64,000 nt of DNA from Acidimicrobiales bacterium (GCA_051985455.1 JBPYEI010000103.1:637-64636); one strand, 5' to 3'. Counted from the first letter of the stretch, positions 8,408-18,401 are shown. The notes: generated by a model not told the origin, from the letters alone. Numbers and translations are program-made.

Positions 8408-8705
8408 CTAGGGGTGCCGCTAGTAATTCGTGCGATGGGGGCTGCCCACCTCATGGAAGCGCGCCAAGCAGGCGGGCCTGACGTGATCTGACGGCTACCC
8501 GCGCGCGTCCCCCTCTTCGCACCGGCTCGAGAGCGCCGATCGGACAAATGGTGCCAGAACACACCGGCGACGCCTCGGTTGACGGCGGGCGGCTCCCACC
8601 CGGACTACGGGTTTCCGGATGCTACGGCGGGCGTCGGTCGCGAGGATGGTGCAGAAGGGCAGACGGCAGATGGCCGTCACCGCTCAGTCGGAAGGGTGAT
8701 GAGAA

Positions 8706-9380
8706 ATGACGAGCTCCATCGATCCCCGCCACCTGCTGATCGTCGGCGCCGGTCCCGGCCTCGGGGCCTCCATCGGGCGTCGCTTCGCCCAGGGGGGTTA
8801 TCACGTCACGCTGCTGGCCCGCAGCGCCGACGGGCTGGAGAAGCTGGCGCGGGGCCTGGCCGACACGGGCGCCGAGGTCGACACGGTCACGGCCGACGCG
8901 GGTGACCCGGACGGCCTGCGGGCCACCCTCGGCTCGCTGTACGCGGGCGCCGGCGCACCGGGGCTGATTGTCTGCAGCGCCTCGCTGCTGGCCCAGGACT
9001 CGCTACTGGACTCGGACGTTTCCCACCTGCGCCAGGCCTACGATGTCGATGTCGTGAGCGCAGTAGTCGCTACTCAGGTGGCCGCCCCGGCGATGCGGGC
9101 GGCAGGAGCCGGCACCATTCTGTTCACCGGCGGCGGCTGGGCCGACTACCCGACGCGCGAGTTTTCGACGCTCTCGGTCGGCAAGTCCGCGCTGCGGTCG
9201 GCGGCCACGGTCCTGGGTGCCGACCTGGCGGACGACGGCATCCGCCTCGCGAGCGTTACCATCGCCGGACAGATCGCGCCAGGCACAGCCTTCGACCCCG
9301 ACCGGATCGCGGAGACGTACTGGGCGATCGTCCAGTCAGACGGTTCTTGGCAGAACGAGTTCCGATTCGAGGGAACATGA
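8706..9380 (+). CDS. SDR family NAD(P)-dependent oxidoreductase
   Basis: 224 aa with SD GGAAGGG upstream. Sequence ..LLIVGAGPGLGASIGRRFAQGGY.. is a Rossmann motif, and the length is SDR-like. Confidence 0.85.
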   Translation: MTSSIDPRHLLIVGAGPGLGASIGRRFAQGGYHVTLLARSADGLEKLARGLADTGAEVDTVTADAGDPDGLRATLGSLYAGAGAPGLIVCSASLLAQDSLLDSDVSHLRQAYDVDVVSAVVATQVAAPAMRAAGAGTILFTGGGWADYPTREFSTLSVGKSALRSAATVLGADLADDGIRLASVTIAGQIAPGTAFDPDRIAETYWAIVQSDGSWQNEFRFEGT

Positions 9381-9383
9381 GAC

Positions 9384-10799
9384 GTGGATCTGCTGTTAGG
9401 TCGTCGCCCCCGGGCGGGTGACGACGATTCTGGTGAAGGAGCGGCTCGGCTTCTGAAGCGACTCGGATCGACATCGTCGGCGCGGCGAGCCCACCGTCCT
9501 GTGGACCAGGCAACCGGTTCGTCGGCACCAGTAGATCCCGGAAGGCTGACCGCTGGCGATTTCCTGCGGCGAGGCCGGAAGGTGACCGCCGTAACGGCTC
9601 GGCATGGTGCGATTGCCGTGACACACTATGCAAGATCGCGCCTGAGCCATCGGAAGGTCGATGGGGAGGTGCTCGCCCTCCAGTTTCGTCTGGCGCTCGG
9701 CGAGCTCGGGCCGACATTTGTGAAGCTGGGACAGCTACTGTCCGCCCGGTCCGATCTGATCCCAGCTAGCCTGCAACGCGAGCTCTCGACGTTGCGTGAT
9801 CGGGCGCCGGCCATTCCAGCCAGAACCCTCCTGGCAAGGCTGGAGCAGTGGATTGGACCATCGGGTCGAGACCGCTTCGTGGAGTTCGAGACGGCACCGG
9901 TCGCGTGTGCATCTGTGGCCCAGGTGCATCGTGCGCTGCTGGCCGACGGTCGTCGCGTCGCCGTGAAGGTGCGCCGACCTGGGGTCCTTTCGGACATCGA
10001 GCTTGACGTGGCCGTGCTCCGCGCCTTCTCCCGTGTGCTTGCGCTGTCCCGGAGGATCCAGGAGTACGAGCCGCGCCGGCTGATCGAGGAGTTCGCCAGC
10101 CTGCTCCTCGCGGAGACCGATTTCACCCTCGAAGCGAAGAACATCGAGGCCATTGGTCGAACGTTCGCCAATGACACCATCGTCACAGTCCCAAGCGTGG
10201 TCGAGGAGCTCAGTGGCGAGTCGATACTGACAATGGACTGGGTCGAAGGTATACCACTCACGGACGACGGGGGACTGGACACGGCCGACATCGATCGCGC
10301 TGGCCTCGCTCGAGCCATCGTGCATACCTACGCAACGATGATCTTCCGGTCCGACCGATTCCAGGCCGACCCCCATCCCGGCAACCTCATCGCCATGAGC
10401 GGTGGCGGTCTCGGGCTCGTCGACTTCGGTGAGGTTGGCTCGGTGGCCCCTTCCACACGCGACGCGCTCATGAGCCTGCTCATGGCCGTTCTCGGTCGAA
10501 ACAGCGACGCCCTCGCTGTCGCCATCCTCTCCGTGGCCCGCCCCATTCGTTCCGTCGACCGGTTGAGCCTCGGGAATCAGCTGGCGACGCTTCTGAGTCC
10601 GATGACCGACGCGAGCTTGCAGGATCTGAAGCTGGGGCAAGTGCTTCGTGAGCTTCTCCGTGTGCTCCATGACCATGGGCTGGTGCTCCCAGCCGACCTC
10701 GCCGTGTTGATCAAGACAGTGATCGTCTGCGAAGCCACCGCTGAAGAGCTGGAGCCGACGGTCGACATTCGCAGCTTCCTCGGCGACATCGGCAGCTGA
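9384..10799 (+). CDS. ABC1/UbiB (AarF) family atypical protein kinase
   Basis: Sequence ..LGPTFVKLGQLLSARSDLIPASLQRELSTLRDRAP.., ..ASVAQVHRALLADGRRVAVKVRRPG.. and ..FQADPHPGNL.. are hallmarks of the ABC1 family. The start is uncertain (GTG 9384 is the longest option). Confidence 0.85.
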   Translation: MDLLLGRRPRAGDDDSGEGAARLLKRLGSTSSARRAHRPVDQATGSSAPVDPGRLTAGDFLRRGRKVTAVTARHGAIAVTHYARSRLSHRKVDGEVLALQFRLALGELGPTFVKLGQLLSARSDLIPASLQRELSTLRDRAPAIPARTLLARLEQWIGPSGRDRFVEFETAPVACASVAQVHRALLADGRRVAVKVRRPGVLSDIELDVAVLRAFSRVLALSRRIQEYEPRRLIEEFASLLLAETDFTLEAKNIEAIGRTFANDTIVTVPSVVEELSGESILTMDWVEGIPLTDDGGLDTADIDRAGLARAIVHTYATMIFRSDRFQADPHPGNLIAMSGGGLGLVDFGEVGSVAPSTRDALMSLLMAVLGRNSDALAVAILSVARPIRSVDRLSLGNQLATLLSPMTDASLQDLKLGQVLRELLRVLHDHGLVLPADLAVLIKTVIVCEATAEELEPTVDIRSFLGDIGS

Positions 10800-10911
10800 A
10801 CGGGCCGTAGGGGCTTCACGGAACGTGGGGAGAGTCTGTTCGGACCCGGTCGTGACGGCCGGTACCCCGGTCGCAGAGTAAGGGCGGGGCGAACCGCGCC
10901 GGCCGAGCCCC

Positions 10912-11910
10912 TCATCGACCGAGGGGCTCAGCTTCCAGTTCGACAGGTGTCGCGATCACGTCGACGAGCGCCCCGTTGCGCACGACGGTGATGGGGAGCT
11001 GTCGGCCGATGGCCTCAGCCAGCATCAGGCGCTGGAGCTCTTGAGCACTGGCGATGGGCTGACCCGCGGCGGTGAGCATGAGGTCACCCTCGTGGATGCC
11101 GGCTCGGGAGGCCGGACCGTCCGGAACCACCTCGACGATCCGAAGGCCGCGCGCCTGGTCTGTCCGTGCAGCCAGGCCGGGCGGAAGAGGTGCGGGTGTA
11201 CCGGCAACCCCGAGATAGGCGCGCCGCACTCGACCTTCGTTGAGGAGCGAGGAGATGATGCGACGCGTGGTGTCGTTGATAGGAACCGCCAATCCCACCC
11301 CGACCCCGGCGACGGCGTTGTTGATGCCCACGACCTCGCCAGACGAGGTGGCGAGGGCGCCACCGGAGTTTCCTGGGTTGAGGGCGGCGTCGGTCTGGAT
11401 CACGTCATCGATGATGCGCACCGTCCGCCCTGCCCTGGTGGGAAGCGAGCGGCCCAATCCACTGACGACTCCAGCTGTGACGCTTCCTGTCAGCCCGAGG
11501 GGGTTGCCCACGGCGACGACCAGCTGGCCCACCCGGAGGTCGGAAGCGTCACCCAGCTTCACCGGAGGTGGTGTCGGTCCCTCGGCCCGGATGACGGCGA
11601 GATCGGAGAACGGGTCCGCGCCGATGACCCGAAATGGGGAGGTGCTTCCGTCAGCGAACGCGGCGGTGCCCGAGCTGTGACGTGCGACCACGTGGGCGTT
11701 GGTGAGGAGGAAGCCGTCGTCGGTGAAGACCACGGCCGAACCCCCAGCGGCCTCGACCCGGCCGTCGCGCCGGCGGCCGCTCATCTGGAGGGCCGCCACC
11801 CGAGGTGTGAGCTCCGCAGCGATGGCGGTGACGACGCGGGAGTAGGCGTCGAGGGGGTGAAGTTCCTCGTCGGAGTGTCCTTGCTCGTAGGGGTTGTCAG
11901 GCACTGGCAA
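10912..11910 (-). CDS. HtrA/DegP-like S1C serine protease with C-terminal PDZ domain
   Basis: Catalytic triad contexts are ..FLLTNAHVV.., ..DLAVIR.. and ..GNSGGALA... The PDZ-like C-terminus reads ..YLGVAG....GLRIVEVVPDGPASRAGIHEGDLML... TTG 11910 or GTG 11904 could be the start, downstream of GAAGGAAG. Confidence 0.85.
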   Translation of the reverse strand: MPVPDNPYEQGHSDEELHPLDAYSRVVTAIAAELTPRVAALQMSGRRRDGRVEAAGGSAVVFTDDGFLLTNAHVVARHSSGTAAFADGSTSPFRVIGADPFSDLAVIRAEGPTPPPVKLGDASDLRVGQLVVAVGNPLGLTGSVTAGVVSGLGRSLPTRAGRTVRIIDDVIQTDAALNPGNSGGALATSSGEVVGINNAVAGVGVGLAVPINDTTRRIISSLLNEGRVRRAYLGVAGTPAPLPPGLAARTDQARGLRIVEVVPDGPASRAGIHEGDLMLTAAGQPIASAQELQRLMLAEAIGRQLPITVVRNGALVDVIATPVELEAEPLGR

Positions 11911-11986
11911 GCTTCCTTCGTTCTGGGATGCTCACACAACACCTGGTCGCCGCACTTATTCCCGCTCGTACCGCTCGGGCCCGGCG

Positions 11987-14344
11987 TCAGTCCGACGGCC
12001 ACACCCAGTCGCGCACCTCGGGCATGTCCTCCAGATGCTCCCGCACGTAGTGCTCGTGGCGAGCCAGCATGGTTTGGCAGTGGTCCTCCAGGTTTCGGGC
12101 TCCCCGGGCCACCCGTCGGGAGCGGCTCAGGGCGTCGAGCACGAGGTGGTAGCGGCTCATCTGGTTGAGCACGACCATGTCGAAGGGGGTCGTGGTGGTG
12201 CCCTCCTCGATGTAGCCGTGGACGTGAAAGCGATCGGCGTGCGGCCGGCCGTGCAGGATCTGATGAAGGGCCCGTGCGTAGCCGTGGAAGGCCATCACGA
12301 CGTCGGTGCGATCCGTGAAGAGCTCGGTGAAGGTCGTCTCCGCCAGGCCATGAGGGTGCACGTCCGGTGGAAACAGCCCCATCAGGTCGACCACGTTGAC
12401 GAACCGAACCCGTAAGTCGGGCAGCGCGTGGCGAAGCATGGCAGCCGCGGCCAAGGCCTCCATGGTGGGGATGTCTCCGGCGCACCCCAGGATCACGTCA
12501 GGCTCTTCGCCTTCGTCGGTGCTGGCCCAGTCCCAGACAGAGGCTCCACGCGCACAATGAGCCCGGGCCGAGTCGATGTCCAGATACTGGAACTGGGGCT
12601 GTTTGTCGATCACGATGAGGTTCACGTAGTCGCGGCTGCGCAGGCAGTGGTCCGCCACGGAGAGGAGGCAGTTGGCGTCTGGAGGGAGGTAGACGCGGAC
12701 CACGCTCCCCTTCATCGAGATCATGGTGTCGATCAGGCCGGGTCCCTGATGGGAGAAACCATTGTGGTCGTTGCGCCAGCAGGTCGAGGTGAGGAGGACA
12801 TTGAGTGACGACACCGCCGCCCGCCACGCCAGGTCACGACCGGCCTCGAGCCACTTGGCGTGCTGGACCGCCATCGACGCGGAGACCATGGCGAAGGCCT
12901 CGTAGGTGGCGAAGAGCCCGTGGCGACCGGTGAGGAGGTAACCCTCCAGCCAGCCCTGGCAGTTGTGTTCGGACAGCACCTCCATCACCCGGCCATCAGG
13001 GGTGACGTGGTCGTCATCCGGCCGGGCGTCCATCAGGCAGCGGTTTTCCACCTCGAACACGGCGCCGAGACGGTTGGAGTTGGTCTCGTCGGGACAGAAG
13101 AGCCGGAAATTGGAGCTGGCGGCGTTGTGTACGAACGTGTCCCGGAGTAGCTCACCCAGCCGGCGGGTCGACTCGGCCCTGGTCGCTGCGGGCTCTTTCA
13201 CATCGAGGGCGTAGGTCGTGAAGACAGGCAGGTCGAGAGGGGTCAGGATGCGACCGCCGTTGGCGTACGGGGTGGTCCCCATCCGCTTGTCACCCCGAGG
13301 GGCCATGGCGGCCAGCTGGGGGACGAGGCGTCCGTCGGCGTCGAAGTGGATCTCCGGTCGATAGCTGCGCAGCCATGATTCGAGAATCGCCAGGTGCTCG
13401 GGGTTCTCCCGGACCTCGGCCACCGGGACCTGATGGGATCGGAACGTGCCCTCCACCTGCTCGCCATCGACGACCTTCGGGCCCGTCCACCCCTTGGGTG
13501 TATGGAGGATGACGGCCGGCCAGGACGGCCTCCCGGTCGCTCCGCGCTCGCGGGCATCGGCCTGGATGGCTTTGATGACCCCATAACAGTCGTCGAGGGT
13601 GGAGGCGAAGTCTCGATGCACCTGGCGGACATCGCTGCCCGCCACAACCCGGGGGTCGTAGCCATGGGCCCGCAGCAGGGAACCCACCTCTTCCAGCCGG
13701 GCTCGGCCCAGCACCGTGGGGCCGGAGATCTTGTACTCGTTGAGGTGCAGGATAGGTAGGACTGCCCCGTCTCGAGCTGGGTTGAGGAACCGTATCCCCT
13801 TCCAGGATCCCTCCAAGGGAGCCGTCTCAGCCTCTCCGTCGCCGATGACGCAAGCCACCAGGAGATCAGGGTGATCGAAGGCGGCGCCGAAGGCATGCAC
13901 GAGGGCGTAGCCCAGCTCGCCTCCTTCGTGGATCGACCCGGGGGTGGGGACGCTCACGTGGCTCGGCACCCCGCCGGGTGTCGAGAACTGGCGTACGAGT
14001 TGGGTGAGGCCCTCGATGTCGCGCGAGACCCGTGGGTAGATCTCGGAGTAGGTGCCCTCGAGGTATGTGTTCGCCAGCATGGCCGGCCCGCCGTGGCCAG
14101 GTCCGGTCACGTACAGCACGTCGGCCCCAGTCCTGGCGATGAGACGGTTGAGATGGGCGTAGACGAGGTTCAGCCCAGGTGAGGTGCCCCAGTGACCCAG
14201 GAGCCTCGGCTTGATGTGGTCAGGCCTCAGCGGTTGGCGCAGCAACGGGTTGGCGCAGAGATAGATCTGGCCGACAGTCAGGTAGTTGGCGCACTCCCAG
14301 TACCCCACGAGACCGTCGAGCTCCGTTTCGCTCAGGTTCCCCAT
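11987..14344 (-). CDS. xfp: Xylulose-5-phosphate/fructose-6-phosphate phosphoketolase
   Basis: 785 aa. The N-terminus ..YWECANYLTVGQIYLCANPLL..LGHWGTSPGLN.. and the overall length are typical of Xfp. GGAGG lies 7 nt upstream of the ATG. The start overlaps the ackA stop by 13 nt. Confidence 0.95.
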   Translation of the reverse strand: MGNLSETELDGLVGYWECANYLTVGQIYLCANPLLRQPLRPDHIKPRLLGHWGTSPGLNLVYAHLNRLIARTGADVLYVTGPGHGGPAMLANTYLEGTYSEIYPRVSRDIEGLTQLVRQFSTPGGVPSHVSVPTPGSIHEGGELGYALVHAFGAAFDHPDLLVACVIGDGEAETAPLEGSWKGIRFLNPARDGAVLPILHLNEYKISGPTVLGRARLEEVGSLLRAHGYDPRVVAGSDVRQVHRDFASTLDDCYGVIKAIQADARERGATGRPSWPAVILHTPKGWTGPKVVDGEQVEGTFRSHQVPVAEVRENPEHLAILESWLRSYRPEIHFDADGRLVPQLAAMAPRGDKRMGTTPYANGGRILTPLDLPVFTTYALDVKEPAATRAESTRRLGELLRDTFVHNAASSNFRLFCPDETNSNRLGAVFEVENRCLMDARPDDDHVTPDGRVMEVLSEHNCQGWLEGYLLTGRHGLFATYEAFAMVSASMAVQHAKWLEAGRDLAWRAAVSSLNVLLTSTCWRNDHNGFSHQGPGLIDTMISMKGSVVRVYLPPDANCLLSVADHCLRSRDYVNLIVIDKQPQFQYLDIDSARAHCARGASVWDWASTDEGEEPDVILGCAGDIPTMEALAAAAMLRHALPDLRVRFVNVVDLMGLFPPDVHPHGLAETTFTELFTDRTDVVMAFHGYARALHQILHGRPHADRFHVHGYIEEGTTTTPFDMVVLNQMSRYHLVLDALSRSRRVARGARNLEDHCQTMLARHEHYVREHLEDMPEVRDWVWPSD

Positions 14345-15495
14345 CTCTTCGCCTCCGGCGGTTGGGAAGAGGGATCGGTGGCCAGGGTAGGTGGCTTGCT
14401 GAGGAGAAGCTGGCGGACCAGCCGGGCGATCTCGATGTCCTCCCGGGCTGTCACCACCGCGACAGCGACACCGAGCTCACGTGGCGACAGCAGACGGTCG
14501 CCGATCTCGTCCGCTTCGTTCACCGAGTCGTCGAGAGCCACCCCCAAGAACTCGAGGCCCGAGCAGGTGTCATGCCGCAGGCGGGCGGAGCCCTCGCCCG
14601 CCCCGCCGGTGAACACCAGGCCGTCCATTCCGTTCATGGCCGCCGCCATGGACGCAATCAGGGCGCGAAGGCGGTGCAGGTAGATGCCGTAGGCGAGGTG
14701 CGCTCGATGCTCGCCTTTGTCGACTCCGTCGAGGACCACGCGGAGATCGCCCGACCGCCCGGACACGCCGAGCAGACCAGACTCACGGTCGAGCGCCCGT
14801 TCGACCTCGTCGGGGCCAAGGCCCGCGTGGCGCTGGAGCCAGAGCAACAGGCCAGGATCGAGGTTGCCCGACCGGGTGGCCATGACCAGGCCCTCGAGCG
14901 GCGTAAAGCCCATTGTGGTGTCCATCGACCGACCCCCGGCGACCGCGGCCAGTGACGCTCCTGATCCAAGGTGGGCGGTGACCAGCCGCAACTGGGACGG
15001 GGATCGTCCCAGGAGTTGTGCGGTTCGCTGGCTGGCCCAGGCGTGGCTCAATCCGTGGAACCCGTAGCGGCGCAGGCTCCAGCGCTCGGTCCATGCCCAG
15101 GGCACGGCGTAGGTGGCCGCCTCATCGGTCAGGGTGGCGTGGAAGGCGGTGTCGAAACAGGCCACCTGGGGAAGGTCAGGACGCAACCGCGTCACAGCCC
15201 GGATGGCAGCGACGGACCGAGCGTTGTGCAATGGGGCCAGGTCGGACAGTCGATCGAGCCGGGCGTCGATGTCTGCGTCGAGGCGGACCGGACCACTGAA
15301 GGTCGGGCCGCCGTGCACGACTCGATGACCGGCCGCCTCCACCGACGGGTGATCCGACAGGAAGCGCTCCAGCGTCTCAGAAAGATCACTGCCGGAGACC
15401 GGCGGGAGGTCCTGGCTCGCCACCAGCTGATCGTGAGCGTCGAGCACGCTGAGCTTGAGGCTGCTGGAGCCGGCGTTCACCACAGCGACCCGCAT
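14332..15495 (-). CDS. ackA: Acetate kinase
   Basis: The N-terminus MRVAVVNAGSSSLKLSVLD plus ..HRVVHGG.. and ..GFHGLSH.. are acetate/propionate kinase motifs. Confidence 0.95.
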   Translation of the reverse strand: MRVAVVNAGSSSLKLSVLDAHDQLVASQDLPPVSGSDLSETLERFLSDHPSVEAAGHRVVHGGPTFSGPVRLDADIDARLDRLSDLAPLHNARSVAAIRAVTRLRPDLPQVACFDTAFHATLTDEAATYAVPWAWTERWSLRRYGFHGLSHAWASQRTAQLLGRSPSQLRLVTAHLGSGASLAAVAGGRSMDTTMGFTPLEGLVMATRSGNLDPGLLLWLQRHAGLGPDEVERALDRESGLLGVSGRSGDLRVVLDGVDKGEHRAHLAYGIYLHRLRALIASMAAAMNGMDGLVFTGGAGEGSARLRHDTCSGLEFLGVALDDSVNEADEIGDRLLSPRELGVAVAVVTAREDIEIARLVRQLLLSKPPTLATDPSSQPPEAKRWGT

Positions 15496-15531
15496 TCGCT
15501 CAGCCTGGTCGATTCGATCCGCCAGGCGAGC

Positions 15532-15969
15532 TCATTGGGCCCGGCGTCGTCTGGCTTTCCCCAAGCGCTGGGCTGATCCCGGTTGAGGCAGAAGATCGGC
15601 AAGCAATGCATCAGCAAGCCGATAGCGCATGATCCTGCCGTCGCGCTCGGACGTCACGGTCTCGGTCGCTCTCAAGTACCGAAGCGTCTGGGACACGGTC
15701 GCGTCACTGATACCGGTTGCAGCGGCGAGGTCGGAGACACTGATCGGGCCCGCGGCGTGGATGCAGGTCAGCAGCATCAGCCGCGTCGGATCACCAAGCA
15801 GGGCGAAGCGTCTCGCCTGTTCCCGGAGAACCTCGGGCTCGTCGAGCGCCCCGATCGCCCGACAGACCCGCTCGCTGTCGATGACGCGCAGATCGGATCG
15901 CTCCGCCGGCAACAGGTGCATGAGGCAGTCTCCCACGTTTCCGAACCAGCCCGTTAGCTGATCATCCAA
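15532..15969 (-). CDS. ArsR/SmtB family metalloregulatory transcription factor
   Basis: The winged HTH reads ..FALLGDPTRLMLLTCIHAAGPISVSDLAAATGISDATVSQTLRYLRATETV..RDGRIMRYRL... The gene is co-directional with ackA-xfp (36-nt gap) and divergent from the riboswitch/NiCoT unit. Confidence 0.85.
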   Translation of the reverse strand: MDDQLTGWFGNVGDCLMHLLPAERSDLRVIDSERVCRAIGALDEPEVLREQARRFALLGDPTRLMLLTCIHAAGPISVSDLAAATGISDATVSQTLRYLRATETVTSERDGRIMRYRLADALLADLLPQPGSAQRLGKARRRRAQ

Positions 15970-16026
15970 TCAGACTTGACGGCGTGCGCCGGGAGCTTCT
16001 AGCTTCTCCTCCGCGTCGGGTCGTAC

Positions 16027-16222
16027 GGCCCGAGTGCGGTCGCTCCAGCGAAGTCCGGTGAGATCCCGGCACTGTCCCGCAACGGTGATGCCCCCCAGGG
16101 CGAGTCCGGTCGCCTGGATCGACGTGTCAGACGAAACCGGTCCTCGGATGAAGGGCGGTTCGTGCGGCGGCCGGGTGCGCGACCGCAAGGGCTCCTTTCG
16201 TCCTCCACTACACCAGGAGGAT
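16027..16222 (+). promoter_or_regulatory. Cobalamin (B12) riboswitch with an SD-sequestering expression platform
   Basis: The core at 16047-16088 reads AGCGAAGTCCGGTGAGATCCCGGCACTGTCCCGCAACGGTGA. This matches the conserved AGGGAA..GGTG..A..CC...C.G..CCCGC.AC.GT cobalamin core including the B12 box. Downstream, GTCAGACGAAACCGG resembles the GCCAGGA.GACC.GCC segment. TCCTCC (16201-16206) can pair with GGAGGA (16216-16221), which is the SD of the NiCoT gene. Confidence 0.75.
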
Positions 16223-16228
16223 GAACGC

Positions 16229-17383
16229 ATGGCTCTCTCCACCGCTTCGAAACCAACCGCGACGCGATTCGAAGCCATTCGTCGAGCGGTAGGACCTCGG
16301 GAGTGGGGGCGGGTGGCCGCCATGTTCGGGTTCGTCCTCGCGGTGAACGCCGCCGGCTGGTTGATCTACGTCCTGGTGGTCATGCCCCATCACTTCAACT
16401 ACAAGGGCGTTGCCGGAAGCAAAGGTCTCGGCGTCGGCCTGGGGGTGGCTCTCACCGCTTGGTTCCTGGGGTTCCGCCACGCCTTCGACGCCGATCACAT
16501 CTCAGCCATCGATAACACCACCCGCAAGCTCATGGCTGACGGCAAGCGCCCCCTGGCGTCGGGGTTCTTCTTCTCCCTCGGTCATTCCACAGTCATCGTG
16601 GCCGTCGGAGTGGGCATCACCGTCGCGGCCCGAGCCGTCTTCGGGGCGGTCGTCGATCCCAGCTCCACGTTCGAGACTGCGGGTGGAACGGCCGGAACCG
16701 TCCTCTCCGCTGGCTTTTTGTACCTCATCGCTCTTCTCAATCTGGTCGTGCTGCTGGGGATATTCAGAGTCTTCAAAGACATGCGGCGGGGCGTCTTCGA
16801 CGAAAATGAGCTCGAGGCTCAACTCCAGGCTCGAGGGATGATGTACCGGTTCTTCGGGCGGTTCATGAGATCCATCAACCACAGCTGGCAGCTGTTCTTC
16901 GTCGGTCTGGTGTTCGGGCTCGGTTTTGACACCGCCACCGAGGTCGTGCTGCTCGCCGCCACCGCCTACGCCGCCATCCAAGGACTGCCGTACTACGCCG
17001 TGCTGGCCCTGCCTGCGCTGTTCTCAGGAGGGTTGATGCTCCTCGACACCCTGGACGGCGTCTTCATGAACTTCGCCTACGGGTGGGCGTTCGCTAGGCC
17101 GGTCCGGAAGGTCTACTACAACCTGATCATCACTGGACTATCCATCGGCGCCGCCTTCATCATCGGCACTATCGAGCTCCTCGGTGTGTTGAGCAACGAA
17201 GCCCACCTGCATGGCGCCTTCTGGGACTCCATGGCCAACTTCAACCTCAACGTTGCCGGGTTCTGCATCGCCGCCCTGTTCGTGGCCACGTGGGCCATCG
17301 GCCTGGCCTACTGGCGGTGGGGCAACGTCGAAGCCCGATGGAGCTCAGCGTTGTCCGCCCCGTATCCCGAGCTGTCCGATTGA
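16229..17383 (+). CDS. HoxN/HupN/NixA (NiCoT) family nickel/cobalt permease
   Basis: The NiCoT signature ..FRHAFDADHISAIDNTTRKL.. and ..FFFSLGHSTVI.. are present, along with multiple TM segments. I place the start at ATG 16229, 8 nt after AGGAGG. The track ORF from 16034 runs through the riboswitch. Confidence 0.9.
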   Translation: MALSTASKPTATRFEAIRRAVGPREWGRVAAMFGFVLAVNAAGWLIYVLVVMPHHFNYKGVAGSKGLGVGLGVALTAWFLGFRHAFDADHISAIDNTTRKLMADGKRPLASGFFFSLGHSTVIVAVGVGITVAARAVFGAVVDPSSTFETAGGTAGTVLSAGFLYLIALLNLVVLLGIFRVFKDMRRGVFDENELEAQLQARGMMYRFFGRFMRSINHSWQLFFVGLVFGLGFDTATEVVLLAATAYAAIQGLPYYAVLALPALFSGGLMLLDTLDGVFMNFAYGWAFARPVRKVYYNLIITGLSIGAAFIIGTIELLGVLSNEAHLHGAFWDSMANFNLNVAGFCIAALFVATWAIGLAYWRWGNVEARWSSALSAPYPELSD

Positions 17384-17432
17384 GTTCTGCCGGTGCCTGG
17401 CGCCGGCGAGACGCCGGGGGAAGGGAAACGAG

Positions 17433-18401
17433 TCACGACGCGGCCGAGGAGCCGTCTCGGTTCGCATCGATGGCCCTCCGAACCTCCTCTGCTATCAGGT
17501 CGTCGTTGATCTGGGCCGCAGCGAAGGCACCGGCGGCCGCCGAAGCACCGACCTGCGCCCTGAGGTCGGTGACGTTGCCAGCGACCCATACTCCGGACAC
17601 TTCGGTGCGCCCGGTCGGGTCGCCGGGGATGTGCTCGCCGAGACCGGAGGGATGCTCCGTGGCCTTGAGTCCGAGGTCGGCCAGGAAGTGGGCCTGGGCC
17701 ACCATCCTCGGGGCGACCACCAGAACCCGGCGCGGAATCACGGTTCCGTCTCCCAGCCGTATGCCCGTCAGGGTGTCGTTTTCGACCTCGAGCGATGTCA
17801 CCTCGCCGTCGATCAGACGAATACCCCGGGCAGCCAGCTGCTCTGCCTGCTCGCGGTTCGGCGGCATGCTGTGGGTGAAGTACGCCACGTCGTCGCTCAA
17901 CTGGCGGAACAGCAACGCCTGATGCGTCGACATCGGCCCGCTGGCCAGCACGCCGATGGCCTGGTCGCGGACCTCCCAGCCATGGCAGTAGGGGCAGTGG
18001 ATCACGTCACGCCCCCAGCGCTCGCGTACGTCGGGTATGGCCGGCAACCCGTCGACCAGCCCGCTGGCGACCAGCAGCCGTCGGGCTCGAACGGACCGGC
18101 CGTCGGCCAGCGCAACGATGAAACCGGGCTCGCTCAGTTCCACCGTTGAGACCTGCCCGATCGTTACTTGGCCGCCGTAACGGCGAACCTCCATCCGGCC
18201 ATGCTCGATCAGCTCGGTCGGGGGAACGCCGTCCTGGCCGAGCAGGCCGTGGACGGCCTGTGCCGGACGGTTGCGTGGGGTGCTCGCGTCGATGACGACC
18301 ACCGACCGCCGTGACCGGGCCAGGACCATGGCACCGTTCAGTCCAGCGGGACCGCCGCCGATCACCACCACGTCGTAGCTGTTCGTCAGCTGATCGCTCA
18401 T
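17433..18401 (-). CDS. Thioredoxin-reductase-like NAD(P)/FAD-dependent oxidoreductase (CPYC type)
   Basis: Sequence ..YDVVVIGGGPAGLNGAMVLAR.. (FAD site) and ..VIHCPYCHGWE.. are present. I place the start at ATG 18401 behind GGGAGG; the track start at 18452 adds 17 R/C-rich residues. Confidence 0.85.
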   Translation of the reverse strand: MSDQLTNSYDVVVIGGGPAGLNGAMVLARSRRSVVVIDASTPRNRPAQAVHGLLGQDGVPPTELIEHGRMEVRRYGGQVTIGQVSTVELSEPGFIVALADGRSVRARRLLVASGLVDGLPAIPDVRERWGRDVIHCPYCHGWEVRDQAIGVLASGPMSTHQALLFRQLSDDVAYFTHSMPPNREQAEQLAARGIRLIDGEVTSLEVENDTLTGIRLGDGTVIPRRVLVVAPRMVAQAHFLADLGLKATEHPSGLGEHIPGDPTGRTEVSGVWVAGNVTDLRAQVGASAAAGAFAAAQINDDLIAEEVRRAIDANRDGSSAAS

